A stretch of 49,227 bases of DNA from an uncultured bacterium. Its GTDB lineage: Bacteria > Ratteibacteria > UBA8468 > B48-G9 > JAFGKM01. The position numbers and the translations under genes are program-made. Where the stretch lies: positions 1 through 49,227 of the forward strand of contig CAYNUP010000158.1 of NCBI GenBank assembly GCA_964400565.1. The letters run 5' to 3'. Position 1 is the stretch's first letter; the number at the start of each line of letters is the position of its first letter. This document shows, piece after piece, positions 18,199 through 28,549 of the stretch. The notes below the pieces were generated by a model, which did no database searches, had not been told where the DNA came from, and saw only the letters and a list, made by a program, of their open reading frames with translations.

Positions 18199-18210
18199 TT
18201 TCTCCTCCAT

Positions 18211-18861
18211 TTAAGTTTTTATTTCATCAACCATTAAAATCAAATTTTCAAAAAATTTAAAAATCATTTCTGTAATTTCATCAATTTCTTTTTTTCTGTA
18301 TCTACTTTTGTTCAAAAATTCATCAAAAATTTCAGGAAAAGATACTTTCTCTCCAAGTTCTTTTTTAATCAATGGAATTAAAAATTTTAAATTTTTTAAA
18401 ACTTCTTTAATTAACTCTGTATTTTTCTTTTCAAAAATAAGTGCTGTTTGAAAATCAAGATATAACTGTTTTAATTTCCTCTCTATTTCAAGACGAAGAT
18501 TTTCTTTTTTAATTTCTATATTTTTTGTTATATCCTCTCCATATAAAATTATATGATTTTCCTTTATATCAAGCCATTCAATAGGAAAAACATCAGATGA
18601 ACTTAAAAGAAACCATTCTGAAAAGAAAAAGGGTCTTATAAAATTTTTCCTTGCATATTTTACAATTTTATCCTTTATCTTATATATTTCGTTTTTTTCA
18701 AATTTATCAAGAACAACTATAATGTTTATATCTGAAAAACCTTCTCTGTAATTTCCTTTTACGCAACTTCCATATAAAATACAACTTCTAATCCTTTCAC
18801 CAAAAATATCTTTCAATTTACCCAAAAATTTTTCAATTTTTATCCTTACTTTTTCATCCAT
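18211..18861 (-). CDS. nucleotidyltransferase (Pol-beta superfamily) domain protein with helical C-terminal half
   Basis: ILYGSCVKGNYREGFSDINIIVVLD is a GS-x11-D-h-X-h minimal NTase motif, but it reads D-I-N instead of D-x-D. RBS AGGAGGTT lies upstream. Confidence 0.6.
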   Translation of the reverse strand: MDEKVRIKIEKFLGKLKDIFGERIRSCILYGSCVKGNYREGFSDINIIVVLDKFEKNEIYKIKDKIVKYARKNFIRPFFFSEWFLLSSSDVFPIEWLDIKENHIILYGEDITKNIEIKKENLRLEIERKLKQLYLDFQTALIFEKKNTELIKEVLKNLKFLIPLIKKELGEKVSFPEIFDEFLNKSRYRKKEIDEITEMIFKFFENLILMVDEIKT

Positions 18862-18879
18862 TTTAACCTCCTGTTTGAT

Positions 18880-19773
18880 TTACCAAGAGCCACTTGCTCC
18901 TCCTCCACCACTTGCTCCTCCTCCAAATCCACCAAATGAACCAGAAAAACCACCTCCTGAAGAATAACCTGAACCTGAGAGAATTACAGGACTTCTTAAA
19001 TAAAATGGCACATGTTTTTTCCAGTTTTTTCCATAATATTTTTTCAATCTATTCCTTAAAATTTTTGCATATAAAGGTGCGAAGATTGTCAAAAGAAATA
19101 AAAAAAGAAAAGGAATTATTAAAGATAATAACAAGGTAATCTCAAAAAATTGAGTATTTTTATTTAAGGATAAAAAAATTAAAAAGAAAGAGATTAAAAA
19201 AAATTCTATGAAAAACCCAAACAGTCCCAAAAACATACTACCGAAGAAGATACATAACAAATACCAGAAAAATAAGAAAAATGGAGAAGGTAATTCATTT
19301 TCTTCTTTAAATTCTATTTTTTCTCCTTTAAAAATCTCATATATTTTTTCAATTGAATTTTTTATTCCAGTGTAAAAATCGTTTTTCCTAAACTCAGGCG
19401 CCATCACATCCCTTATTATTCTTCCACATATACTATCCGTTAAAACACCTTCAAGTCCATATCCAACCTCTATTCTTATTTTCTTTTCATTAAGAGAAAC
19501 CAAAATTAAAACGCCATTATCTTTATTTTTCTTCCCAATCCCCCAATCATTAAAAATTTCATTTGCATACTCTTCTATTGTTTTCCCTTCAAGAGAATTT
19601 ATTATCAAAACACATATTTCATTACCTGTTTCTCTTTCTATTTCCTCCAGTTTTTTTTCAATTTCTATCTGCTGGTTAGAATTTAAGATGCCTGCAAAAT
19701 CATTTAAATAACCAACCGGCTTTAAAGAGGCAAAAATTATCAAAAAAGGAAATAAAAAATATATTTTTTTCAC
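18880..19773 (-). CDS. TPM domain-containing protein (YgcG/TLP18.3-like) with TM segments and Gly-rich tail
   Basis: Signal peptide. GYLNDFAGILN start of the TPM domain, then NGVLILVSLNEKKIRIEVGYGLEG. Three or four TM helices. C-terminal GGGFSGSFGGFGGGASGGGGASGSW. Confidence 0.8.
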   Translation of the reverse strand: MKKIYFLFPFLIIFASLKPVGYLNDFAGILNSNQQIEIEKKLEEIERETGNEICVLIINSLEGKTIEEYANEIFNDWGIGKKNKDNGVLILVSLNEKKIRIEVGYGLEGVLTDSICGRIIRDVMAPEFRKNDFYTGIKNSIEKIYEIFKGEKIEFKEENELPSPFFLFFWYLLCIFFGSMFLGLFGFFIEFFLISFFLIFLSLNKNTQFFEITLLLSLIIPFLFLFLLTIFAPLYAKILRNRLKKYYGKNWKKHVPFYLRSPVILSGSGYSSGGGFSGSFGGFGGGASGGGGASGSW

Positions 19774-19869
19774 ATTAATATTTTAACCATTCTCATAAAA
19801 TTTTCAAGGTGAAGAGATCCCTCAAAAAATTCTGGTTAAAAAATAGAAGTTTCTCTTTTCGACAAAAAC

Positions 19870-19898
19870 TTGACAAAATTTAAAAGGAGGTATTTAAT
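19870..19898 (+). promoter_or_regulatory. candidate sigma70 promoter of the dcw cluster
   Basis: TTGACA (19870-19875) followed 15-17 nt later by TATTTAAT, about 20 nt upstream of the mraZ ATG. Confidence 0.35.
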
Positions 19899-19916
19899 TA
19901 ATAAAAAAGGAGGAAA

Positions 19917-20360
19917 ATGGTATATTTTGGGGAATATAGGAGTAAAGTTGATAAACAGGGAAGAATTGTTATTCCATCTAAGTTAAGAGAGTTGATTAAA
20001 AAAGAAAACAGAAGCAATAATAATATTTATATAACAAAAGGGATTGAAAAATGTCTTTTTATCTTTACAGAAAAAACATTTGAACAACAGGGAGAAAAAA
20101 TAAATGAACTCTCTTTTACAAAAGGAAATCCAAGAGTATTTACAAGGATTTTTTATTCAGGTGCTTTTAAAGAAAAAATAGATAGTCAGGGAAGGGTTTT
20201 AATACCCTCTCAACTTATTGAATATGCTGAAATAAAAGAAAATGTTGTTATTATTGGTGCTGGAAAAAGGATAGAAATATGGGATGAAATAAAATGGAAT
20301 GAATTTTACAGTAAATATTTTCCATCTTATGGAGAAATTTCAGAAAAAATTTTTGAATGA
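19917..20360 (+). CDS. mraZ: division/cell wall cluster transcriptional regulator MraZ
   Basis: Two SpoVT-AbrB repeats with DKQGRIVIPSKLRE and DSQGRVLIPSQL. It is the first gene of the dcw cluster. Confidence 0.95.
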   Translation: MVYFGEYRSKVDKQGRIVIPSKLRELIKKENRSNNNIYITKGIEKCLFIFTEKTFEQQGEKINELSFTKGNPRVFTRIFYSGAFKEKIDSQGRVLIPSQLIEYAEIKENVVIIGAGKRIEIWDEIKWNEFYSKYFPSYGEISEKIFE

Positions 20361-21237
20361 AAAACATTATCCTGTTTTAAAAGAAGAAGTATTAAAATGG
20401 ATAAACTTAAAAGATGGAGGAATATATGTAGATTGTACCTGTGGAACAGGTGGCCACAGTAATTATTTATTATCATTGGGAAGAAAAATTTTTTTAATCT
20501 GTATAGATAAAGATGAAAAAATGATTGAAATAGCAAAAGAAAATTTAAAGGATTTTAGAAATTTCAAGTTGATTAAAGGAGGATTTGAAAATTTAGAAAA
20601 TATTTTAAAAAATGAGAATATTGAAAAAGTTGATGGAGTCCTTTTTGACCTTGGATTTTCAAAACTTCATATTCTAAACGGCGAGAGAGGTTTCAGTTTT
20701 CAAATAGATGGACCACTTGATATGAGATATGATAAAAATTCAGATTTAACCGCCTATCATATTTTAAATAGATGGAGCAGAATAGATTTAATTTATATTT
20801 TCAAAAATTATGGAGAAATTAAAAATTGTGAAAAAGTAGTCAATAAAATTATTGAAAGAAGGAAAATAAAACCTTTCCAGACGACAAAAGAATTTTCAGA
20901 TTTTATATGTCAGAATTTCAAAGAAAGAAAGAAAATCCATCCTGCTACAAGATTTTTTCTTGCATTAAGGATTGCTGTAAATGATGAATTGAATTGTTTA
21001 AAAAAGGGACTTGAAGGTGCTTTAAATGTTTTGAAAAATGGTGGAAGGTGTTTAGTTATAAGTTTTAATTCCCTTGAAGATAGAATTGTCAAAAAATTTT
21101 TTAAAGAAAAAAAGGAAATAAAAATACTTACAAAAAAACCGATTACTCCTTCAGAAAAAGAAATAATAGAAAATCCTTTAAGTAGAAGTGCAAAACTGAG
21201 AGTAGGTGAAAAACATGAAAAAGAGGAGAAGAAATAG
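20329..21237 (+). CDS. rsmH: 16S rRNA (cytosine1402-N4)-methyltransferase RsmH
   Basis: HYPVLKEEVL, VDCTCGTGGHS (SAM site), DLGFS, HPATRFFLALRIAVNDEL. ORF track starts at 20299; ATG at 20329 gives the standard N-terminus. Confidence 0.95.
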   Translation: MEKFQKKFLNEKHYPVLKEEVLKWINLKDGGIYVDCTCGTGGHSNYLLSLGRKIFLICIDKDEKMIEIAKENLKDFRNFKLIKGGFENLENILKNENIEKVDGVLFDLGFSKLHILNGERGFSFQIDGPLDMRYDKNSDLTAYHILNRWSRIDLIYIFKNYGEIKNCEKVVNKIIERRKIKPFQTTKEFSDFICQNFKERKKIHPATRFFLALRIAVNDELNCLKKGLEGALNVLKNGGRCLVISFNSLEDRIVKKFFKEKKEIKILTKKPITPSEKEIIENPLSRSAKLRVGEKHEKEEKK

Positions 21238-21553
21238 AGAAAGTTTAAAGAGTTTTTTATATATTTTAATAATAGGATTTTATTTTTTAATCCATGTTTT
21301 TATATCTCTTAAAATACTTCATATTGGATATTCCATGGGAAAAATGAAGGAAGAGTATGAATATTTAAATCTTTTAAACAAAAATCATAATATTCAATTT
21401 ACAAAACTTATCACACCTGAAAATCTTGAAAAAATTGCAAAAGAAAATAGTGTAAATCTTGTAATTCCAAAAAACTGGTGTTTTTTAGAAATGAGGAAAG
21501 AAAATGAAAATGTTTTTAAAGAAACTGAAATTCTTGAAGCGGGAACAAGATGA
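21215..21553 (+). CDS. ftsL: cell division protein FtsL-like
   Basis: Small bitopic protein in the canonical rsmH-ftsL-ftsI position. Basic N-terminus, one TM helix, then ITPENLEKIAKENSVNLVIP, the FtsL C-terminal motif. ORF track starts at GTG 21206. Confidence 0.6.
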   Translation: MKKRRRNRESLKSFLYILIIGFYFLIHVFISLKILHIGYSMGKMKEEYEYLNLLNKNHNIQFTKLITPENLEKIAKENSVNLVIPKNWCFLEMRKENENVFKETEILEAGTR

Positions 21554-23282
21554 TATTTTTGAAACAAGGATAAGATATATAAAACTTCTTTTTTTAATTG
21601 GTTTTATGGTTATATTTTTTCGTCTTTTCCAACTTCAAATAATAAATTATCCAAAGTATGAAAAAGTAGATATAAAATCAAAATATGTAAAAATGGAAAT
21701 TCCCGGAGAAAGAGGCAAGATAATAGACAGTAACGGGAAAATACTTGCTTTAAATATTCTATCTTATTCTATCTATTTTGATACATGGATGATAAACAAC
21801 CTAAAAAAAAATAACCCTGATTATATAAAAATATTAAAAGATAAACTATGTGAAATTTTAAAAATAGATAAAAAGGAAATAGAAAAGAAAATGGAAGAAT
21901 CATATGCTTTAATTAAAAAAGAGGTTGATGTTGATGAATATGAAAATATAAAAAAAGAAAAACTTAAGGGTATATATATGGAAAAAAAGTATAAAAGAGT
22001 TTATCCTTATGGAAAACATGCCTGCCATATTCTTGGTTATACTGATATAGATGGAAATGGTATTGAAGGAGTTGAATATTTTTATAACTCTTTTTTAAAA
22101 GGGAAGGATGGTTTATATTTGGTTTTAAAAGATGGTATTGGTAATTTAATTCCTTCTGTTAAAAAAGTTTTAATAAAAGAAGAAAAAGGGGAAGATGTTA
22201 TTTTAACGATTGACTCAAACATACAGTTTATTGTTGAAGAAGAAATAAAAAAGGCATATGAAAAATTTAATCCAAAAAACATCTCAGTAATTGTTATGAA
22301 TCCTGATAATGGAGAAATTCTTGCTCTTGCAAATTATCCAAATTACGACCCCAACAATCCCTCACAGTATGATTTTTCAATTATAAGAAATAAATGTGTC
22401 ACAGACCTTTTTGAACCAGGTTCTGTATTCAAAATTGTAACTGCTGCTTCTGCAATTGAAGAAAATTTATTCACACCCGATTCAATATTCATGTGTGAAA
22501 ATGGAAAATGGTTTGTAAGAAACCACTATTTACACGATGTTCATCCTTATGGTGTTTTAACTTTTGAAGAAGTTGTTGTCAAATCAAGTAATATTGGAAC
22601 TGTCAAAATAGCAATGAATCTTGGTGAAAGAAAATTATATGAATACTGTAAAAAATTTCGCTTTGGAGAAAAAACAGGAATTGACCTGCCAGGAGAAATA
22701 AAGGGAATTTTCAGACCTTTACAAAACTGGTCATCTTATTCAATTACTGCTATTCCCATTGGACAGGAAGTGGGTATAACTTCTATACAGGGAATAAGGG
22801 CGATTTCTGTTTTTGTAAATGGAGGATATTTAGTAAGACCACATATTATTAAAGGAATACAGGGAAAGGAAAATTATGAAATTGAAAATTATAAAAATGA
22901 AAAAGAAAAGATTTTATCTTTGAGAACAACAGATATTATAAAAAAGATGCTCCAAAAAGTTGTGAGTGAAGAAGGAACTGCTGCTTCTGCAAAAATAGAT
23001 GGATATAATATAGGAGGGAAAACTGGGACTGCTCAGAAAGCAATTGGTGGTAAGTATGTAAAGGGTAAATATGTATCTTCCTTTGTTGGATTTCTATGCA
23101 GTAATAAGAAAAATATTGCCATTTCAGTAAATGTTGATGAACCAGTTGGTGTTTATTATGGAGGGGTAGTGGCTGCTCCAATTTTCAGAGATATTATGGG
23201 AAGGATAATTAATTATTATCAGATACCGCCTGAAAATGAAATGAAACTGGTATATAAAAATGGAACTAAAAGAACTCATTAA
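21504..23282 (+). CDS. ftsI: penicillin-binding protein 2/3 class (FtsI-type peptidoglycan D,D-transpeptidase)
   Basis: N-terminal TM helix, dimerisation domain, then transpeptidase motifs FEPGSVFK (SxxK), SSN and GKTGTA (KTG). Confidence 0.9.
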   Translation: MKMFLKKLKFLKREQDDIFETRIRYIKLLFLIGFMVIFFRLFQLQIINYPKYEKVDIKSKYVKMEIPGERGKIIDSNGKILALNILSYSIYFDTWMINNLKKNNPDYIKILKDKLCEILKIDKKEIEKKMEESYALIKKEVDVDEYENIKKEKLKGIYMEKKYKRVYPYGKHACHILGYTDIDGNGIEGVEYFYNSFLKGKDGLYLVLKDGIGNLIPSVKKVLIKEEKGEDVILTIDSNIQFIVEEEIKKAYEKFNPKNISVIVMNPDNGEILALANYPNYDPNNPSQYDFSIIRNKCVTDLFEPGSVFKIVTAASAIEENLFTPDSIFMCENGKWFVRNHYLHDVHPYGVLTFEEVVVKSSNIGTVKIAMNLGERKLYEYCKKFRFGEKTGIDLPGEIKGIFRPLQNWSSYSITAIPIGQEVGITSIQGIRAISVFVNGGYLVRPHIIKGIQGKENYEIENYKNEKEKILSLRTTDIIKKMLQKVVSEEGTAASAKIDGYNIGGKTGTAQKAIGGKYVKGKYVSSFVGFLCSNKKNIAISVNVDEPVGVYYGGVVAAPIFRDIMGRIINYYQIPPENEMKLVYKNGTKRTH

Positions 23283-24777
23283 GGAAATTAAAAAGAAGAA
23301 GGTTTTTAATCTTAATAATTTTGAAGTTGAAGGGATTGCATATAATTCAAAAAAGGTCAAAGATAATTATATTTTTGTTGCTATTAAAGGAACAAAACTT
23401 GATGGACATGATTTTATAAATGAAGCGATTGAAAGAGGAGCAAAATGTATCGTTGTAAGTAAAAGACCCTCAATTATCCCTTCTGACATTACTGAAATAG
23501 TCGTTGATGACACAAAAGAAACATTAAGTGAAATTGCAAATATATATTATAATTACCCTTCAAAAAAATTAAAAATAGTTGGTATAACAGGAACAAACGG
23601 AAAAACAACAACAAGTTTTATAATAAAAGAAATTCTTAATGAATGTGGAGAAAAAACAGGTCTTATAGGCACAATATTTTATGAAATCGGAGAAAGAAAA
23701 ATAATCTCAACAAATACAACTCCAGAATCTCTTGATTTATTAGAAATGTTTTCTGATATGATAAAGAATGAGTGTAAATGGGTGGTTATGGAGGTTTCTT
23801 CCCATGGAATTGACCAAAAGAGGATAGAAGGAATTGAGTTTGATTCTTGCATTTTCACAAATATTGCTTCTCATGAACACCTTGATTATCATAAAACTTT
23901 TAAAAATTATTTAAATGCAAAATTGCTCCTTTTTGCAAAATACCTGAAAGAAAGCAGTAAAAAAGAGAAATATGGAATAATAAATCTTGATTCTCCTTAT
24001 TCTAAATCTTTCATCAAAGTATGTAGAAAAAGTGGGATAGAATACATAACTTTTGGTAAACACAAAAATTCAAAAATTAAACTTTTAAATTATAAAATAG
24101 AAAAGGATGGAAATCTTATAGAAGTTGAAATAGAAAAAGAAAAGTTTGGTTTTAAAAGTAAAATTTATGGACTTGGAAATGTATACAATCTATTATCTGC
24201 CATTGCATTTTCTTATACTTATAAAATTCCTTATGAGAAAATCCAGAAAGCACTTTTAAAAATTGAAAACATTCCTGGCAGGTTTGAATTTATCAATGAA
24301 GGACAGGATTTTTCAGTTATTGTGGATTATGCCCATACACATCATGCCCTTAAAAACTTATTACTTTCTGTTAAGAGTTTAAACCCAAGAAGAATAATTC
24401 TTATTTTTGGCTGTGGAGGAGATAGAGATAAAAGTAAAAGACCTTTAATGGGAAAAATTGCTGTAAAAATGGCTGATTATGTAATAATAACTTCTGATAA
24501 TCCAAGAAGTGAAGACCCTCAAAAAATAATAGAAGATATTCAGGCCGGGATTCCATTTTACTTAAAAAGAAAATATGTAGCAATTCCTGATAGAAGAGAA
24601 GCAATATACCAAGGGATTTCAATGGCAAAAACAAATGATTGTGTTGTAATTGCAGGTAAAGGACATGAAGCATTTCAGATTTTAAAGGATGTAATAATAC
24701 CTTTTGATGACAGAGAAGAAGCAAGAAAAGTAATAAAAAAAATTTTAGAAGAAAGAAAAAACGAAACACTTTTATAA
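23260..24777 (+). CDS. murE: UDP-N-acetylmuramoyl-L-alanyl-D-glutamate--2,6-diaminopimelate ligase
   Basis: GITGTNGKTTT P-loop and the DNPR motif (TSDNPRSEDP), which marks meso-DAP-adding MurE. Standard dcw position. Confidence 0.93.
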   Translation: MELKELIKEIKKKKVFNLNNFEVEGIAYNSKKVKDNYIFVAIKGTKLDGHDFINEAIERGAKCIVVSKRPSIIPSDITEIVVDDTKETLSEIANIYYNYPSKKLKIVGITGTNGKTTTSFIIKEILNECGEKTGLIGTIFYEIGERKIISTNTTPESLDLLEMFSDMIKNECKWVVMEVSSHGIDQKRIEGIEFDSCIFTNIASHEHLDYHKTFKNYLNAKLLLFAKYLKESSKKEKYGIINLDSPYSKSFIKVCRKSGIEYITFGKHKNSKIKLLNYKIEKDGNLIEVEIEKEKFGFKSKIYGLGNVYNLLSAIAFSYTYKIPYEKIQKALLKIENIPGRFEFINEGQDFSVIVDYAHTHHALKNLLLSVKSLNPRRIILIFGCGGDRDKSKRPLMGKIAVKMADYVIITSDNPRSEDPQKIIEDIQAGIPFYLKRKYVAIPDRREAIYQGISMAKTNDCVVIAGKGHEAFQILKDVIIPFDDREEARKVIKKILEERKNETLL

Positions 24778-24778
24778 A

Positions 24779-26119
24779 ATGGAAAATGTTAGATTGAGTG
24801 AAATTATATACTGGTGCAAAGGAAAAGTTAATAAAAATTATAGAGATTTTTTTGTAAAAGGGATATCAACAGATACAAGAAATTTAAAAAAGGGAGAAAT
24901 ATTTATTGCTCTTAAAGGGGAAAGATATGATGGACATAGTTTTGTAAAAGAAGCATTTGAAAAGGGAGCGGTTGCTTCAATTGTATCAGAAAAATATTCA
25001 AGTGATAATTCTTTTATTTTAATAAGGGTTAAAGATACTTTAAAAGCTCTTGGAGATATAGCCAGAAATTATAGAAAAAAACTGAATATGCATGTTGTTG
25101 GAATTACTGGAAGTGATGGCAAAACAACTACAAAGGAAATTGTTAAAAATGTACTGAGTAAAAAATTTAACACAAAAGGAACTATAGGAAATTTTAATAA
25201 TGAGATAGGACTACCTCTTTCAATTCTTCAATCTGACAAAAAAACAGAGTTTGGCATTTTTGAAATGGGAATGAATAAAAAAGGAGAGATAGATTATTTA
25301 AGCAGGATATGTCAGCCAAATTCATGCATTATAACAAATATAGGAGTAGCCCATATAGGATTTTTCAAAAACAGAAAAGAAATAGGAGAAGCAAAAAGTG
25401 AAATTTTTAAAAATTTAATAGGAGAGAAAAATGTTTTTCTTAATAAAGATGATATGTTTTTTGAATATTTAAAAGAAAAAGCCAAAAGTAAAAATTTGAT
25501 ATCAGTTGGTGTTAAAAAAAAGGCAGATATAAATGGAAGAATCGTTGAAGAAGGAATGGATTATTTTGTTTTTGAATCAAATGGTAAAAAATATAGAATG
25601 AACTTTTGGAATACTTCTTTTATTTACTCAGGACTTTTTGGAATTGCCTTTGGCAAAAAATTTGGAATTTCAGAAAATTATATTGAAGATGTTCTTTTTG
25701 AGATAAGGCCATTGGCAGGAAGAGGAGAATTTATAAAGAATAAAATTTTCATAATTGATGAAAGTTATAATTCAAATCCGATTTCTCTTAAAAATGCTCT
25801 CTTGTGCTTTGAAAGAAAAAATTTTAAAAGAAAAATTGGGGTTATTGGGGATATGGCTGAACTGGGGAAATTTACTAATTTTTATCATTATTACATAGGC
25901 AGAGTGATTAAAAACCTTAACATTGATATTGTCTTTACTTTTGGAGAAAAAAGTAAGTTAATCTCGGATTTTTGTAAAAAAGGAGAACATTTTTATGAAA
26001 TTGAAACATTGAAAAAAAAATTAAAAGAGAAAATAAAACCAGAAGATGCAATTTTTGTTAAGGGTTCAAGAATTTTAAAAATGGAAAACATTGTTGAATT
26101 TTTAAAAAAGGGGATATGA
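24779..26119 (+). CDS. murF: UDP-N-acetylmuramoyl-tripeptide--D-alanyl-D-alanine ligase
   Basis: GITGSDGKTTTKE P-loop, FEMGMN, IIDESYNSNP. Position after murE. Confidence 0.9.
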   Translation: MENVRLSEIIYWCKGKVNKNYRDFFVKGISTDTRNLKKGEIFIALKGERYDGHSFVKEAFEKGAVASIVSEKYSSDNSFILIRVKDTLKALGDIARNYRKKLNMHVVGITGSDGKTTTKEIVKNVLSKKFNTKGTIGNFNNEIGLPLSILQSDKKTEFGIFEMGMNKKGEIDYLSRICQPNSCIITNIGVAHIGFFKNRKEIGEAKSEIFKNLIGEKNVFLNKDDMFFEYLKEKAKSKNLISVGVKKKADINGRIVEEGMDYFVFESNGKKYRMNFWNTSFIYSGLFGIAFGKKFGISENYIEDVLFEIRPLAGRGEFIKNKIFIIDESYNSNPISLKNALLCFERKNFKRKIGVIGDMAELGKFTNFYHYYIGRVIKNLNIDIVFTFGEKSKLISDFCKKGEHFYEIETLKKKLKEKIKPEDAIFVKGSRILKMENIVEFLKKGI

Positions 26120-26120
26120 A

Positions 26121-27194
26121 ATGCTATATAAACTTCTATATTCTTTCACTGAATACTGGTTTGGGTTTAATGTTTTCAGATATGTTACTGTAAGGGCTTC
26201 TCTTGCAATATTTACTTCTCTTTTGTTTTCAGTTTTATTTGGAAGAAAAATAATAAACAAACTTAAAAATTTCTGTCATCCTAATATACTTCTAAATTTC
26301 CGAAAAGAAAGTAAAGAAAAAACGCCGACAATGGGAGGGCTTTTAATACTTGGCAGTTTATTAATTTCTACATTTTTATGGGCTGATTTAAAAAATACAT
26401 ATATAATTTTGCTTATATTTTTAACACTTGCTCTTGGATTTGTAGGATTTATGGATGATTATAAAAAATTGAAATACAAATCACATAAAGGATTAAGACC
26501 TCTTTTTAAAATTGTTGGACAGATAATAGTTGGTTTTATTATAGGAATTGTCCTTGTTTACAATAATCAACTTAACTTTAATACTTCACTCCATCTACCA
26601 TTTTTCAAAAAGATTGTTATACCTCTTGGAGAATATTTTGTTCTTTTTACTGTATTTATTATAGTTGCAACATCAAATGCCGTTAACCTAACCGATGGGA
26701 TGGATGGACTTGCTATAGGACTTATCTTAACTGCAGGTCTTGCCTATGCAATAATTGCATATGTTGTAAGTAACTTAAATTTTGCAAGATACCTCAATGT
26801 TCCGTTTGTAAAAGGTGCAGAAGAAGCAACTGTCTTTGCTGCTGGACTTGTTGGAGCGTGCCTTGGTTTTTTATGGTTTAATTGCTATCCTGCTGAAATT
26901 TTTATGGGAGATACAGGTTCTCTCCCTTTAGGTGGAATAGTTGGATTTCTTGCAATAATTGTAAAACAGGAACTATCATTAATCTTTGTAGGTGGTATAT
27001 TTCTAATAGAAGCCCTTTCAGTAATAATACAGGTAATTTCTTTTAAAAGGATGGGAAGAAGAATTTTTTTAATGACACCCATCCATCATCATTTTGAACT
27101 TAAAGGTATTCCTGAACCCAAAGTAGTTGTTAGATTCTGGATTGTGGGAATAATTCTTGCTTTATTCACAATAATAACTTTAAAAATAAGATGA
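26121..27194 (+). CDS. mraY: phospho-N-acetylmuramoyl-pentapeptide transferase
   Basis: KTPTMGG, NAVNLTDGMDGLA, MGDTGSLPLGG, PIHHHFE. Confidence 0.95.
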   Translation: MLYKLLYSFTEYWFGFNVFRYVTVRASLAIFTSLLFSVLFGRKIINKLKNFCHPNILLNFRKESKEKTPTMGGLLILGSLLISTFLWADLKNTYIILLIFLTLALGFVGFMDDYKKLKYKSHKGLRPLFKIVGQIIVGFIIGIVLVYNNQLNFNTSLHLPFFKKIVIPLGEYFVLFTVFIIVATSNAVNLTDGMDGLAIGLILTAGLAYAIIAYVVSNLNFARYLNVPFVKGAEEATVFAAGLVGACLGFLWFNCYPAEIFMGDTGSLPLGGIVGFLAIIVKQELSLIFVGGIFLIEALSVIIQVISFKRMGRRIFLMTPIHHHFELKGIPEPKVVVRFWIVGIILALFTIITLKIR

Positions 27195-28549
27195 AAATTA
27201 AAGGGAAAAAAATTGGAATTATTGGACTTGGAATAAGTGGTTTTGATACAGGTATTTTTCTTCTTGAAAATGGTGCAGAAGTATATATCTCTGAAAAAAA
27301 TTGTGGAGAGGAAATTGAGGAAAAAGCGAATATTTTGAAAAAAAAGGGAGCAAAGGTTGAAATAGGAAAACATAATATAGAATTTTTTAAAGATGTTGAA
27401 ACAATAGTAATAAGTCCTGGAATAGATGAAAGGATAGAATTTGTTAATTTTTTTAAAAAAAGGGGAGTTCCAATTATAAGTGAAATTGAACTTGCTTATA
27501 ATTTTTCAAAAAGTAAAAAAATAATAGGGATAACAGGAACAAATGGAAAAACAACAACCACCACTCTAACAGGAAATATATTTAAAAATGCGGGTTATCC
27601 TTCTGTTGTATGTGGAAATATAGGAAATACATTTATAGGAGAGATTGAAAATATTGAAGAGAAAACATGGATTATTCTTGAGATAAGCAGTTTTCAACTG
27701 GAAAAAATAAAAGATTTTAAACCATATATTGCATGTCTTTTAAATATTGATTATGACCATTTTGATAGATATTTGAATATGGACCAATATATCCTTGCAA
27801 AAAAAAGAATTTTTGAAAATCAAACAGAAGAGGATTTCAGTATTTTAAATTTTAACGATTATTATTCAAAAAAAATTTGGAAAGGAATAAAAAGTAAAAA
27901 ACTATTTTTCAGTTTTACAAGGATTTTTAAAGGAGTTTATTATGAAAGTGGAAGTATATTTATAAAATTAAACCAGAATCCGATTAAACTAATTGAGACA
28001 AAAAATTTAAAGATTTATGGAAGAGGGAATATTGAAAACATAATGGCTTCGTCCTTAATTTCAATCATCTGTGGAATTGAACCTGATATAATAAAAAACA
28101 GTATAGAAAAATTTGAACCATTACCTCACAGATTGGAAAAAGTAGCAGAAATTGATAATGTCTTATTCATAAATGACTCAAAATCTACAAATCCCCATTC
28201 TGTTAAAAATTCTTTGTTAAGTATTGAAGGAATAAATAATATAATTCTTATTCTTGGAGGAAAAGACAAGGGCTTCCCTTATTCTCAACTTAAAAAATAT
28301 CTTAAAAACAAAGTGAAATTTATAATCTTATTAGGAGAGGCAAAAGAAAGAATAGAAAAAGAAATTAGATTACCTGATATACCCATAGAATTTGTAAAAG
28401 ATTTAAAAGAAGCGGTCAATCTTTCAAAAAAAATTAGTAAAAAAGGAGATATAGTTTTATTTTCGCCAGGATGTTCTTCTTTTGATATGTTTAAAAATTA
28501 CAAGGAGAGAGGAGATGTTTTCAAAAAAGAGGTACTTGCTTTATTATAA
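27191..28549 (+). CDS. murD: UDP-N-acetylmuramoylalanine--D-glutamate ligase
   Basis: IGIIGLGISG Rossmann N-terminus, GITGTNGKTTTT, NDSKSTN. Confidence 0.9.
   Translation: MKIKGKKIGIIGLGISGFDTGIFLLENGAEVYISEKNCGEEIEEKANILKKKGAKVEIGKHNIEFFKDVETIVISPGIDERIEFVNFFKKRGVPIISEIELAYNFSKSKKIIGITGTNGKTTTTTLTGNIFKNAGYPSVVCGNIGNTFIGEIENIEEKTWIILEISSFQLEKIKDFKPYIACLLNIDYDHFDRYLNMDQYILAKKRIFENQTEEDFSILNFNDYYSKKIWKGIKSKKLFFSFTRIFKGVYYESGSIFIKLNQNPIKLIETKNLKIYGRGNIENIMASSLISIICGIEPDIIKNSIEKFEPLPHRLEKVAEIDNVLFINDSKSTNPHSVKNSLLSIEGINNIILILGGKDKGFPYSQLKKYLKNKVKFIILLGEAKERIEKEIRLPDIPIEFVKDLKEAVNLSKKISKKGDIVLFSPGCSSFDMFKNYKERGDVFKKEVLALL

Noticed and set aside
19882-19913. Two copies of AAAAGGAGG upstream of mraZ as possible MraZ operator repeats.
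   Set aside because: The second copy is simply the mraZ Shine-Dalgarno, and the first falls in the promoter spacer. Two copies of an SD-like purine run in an AT-rich leader is not convincing operator evidence.
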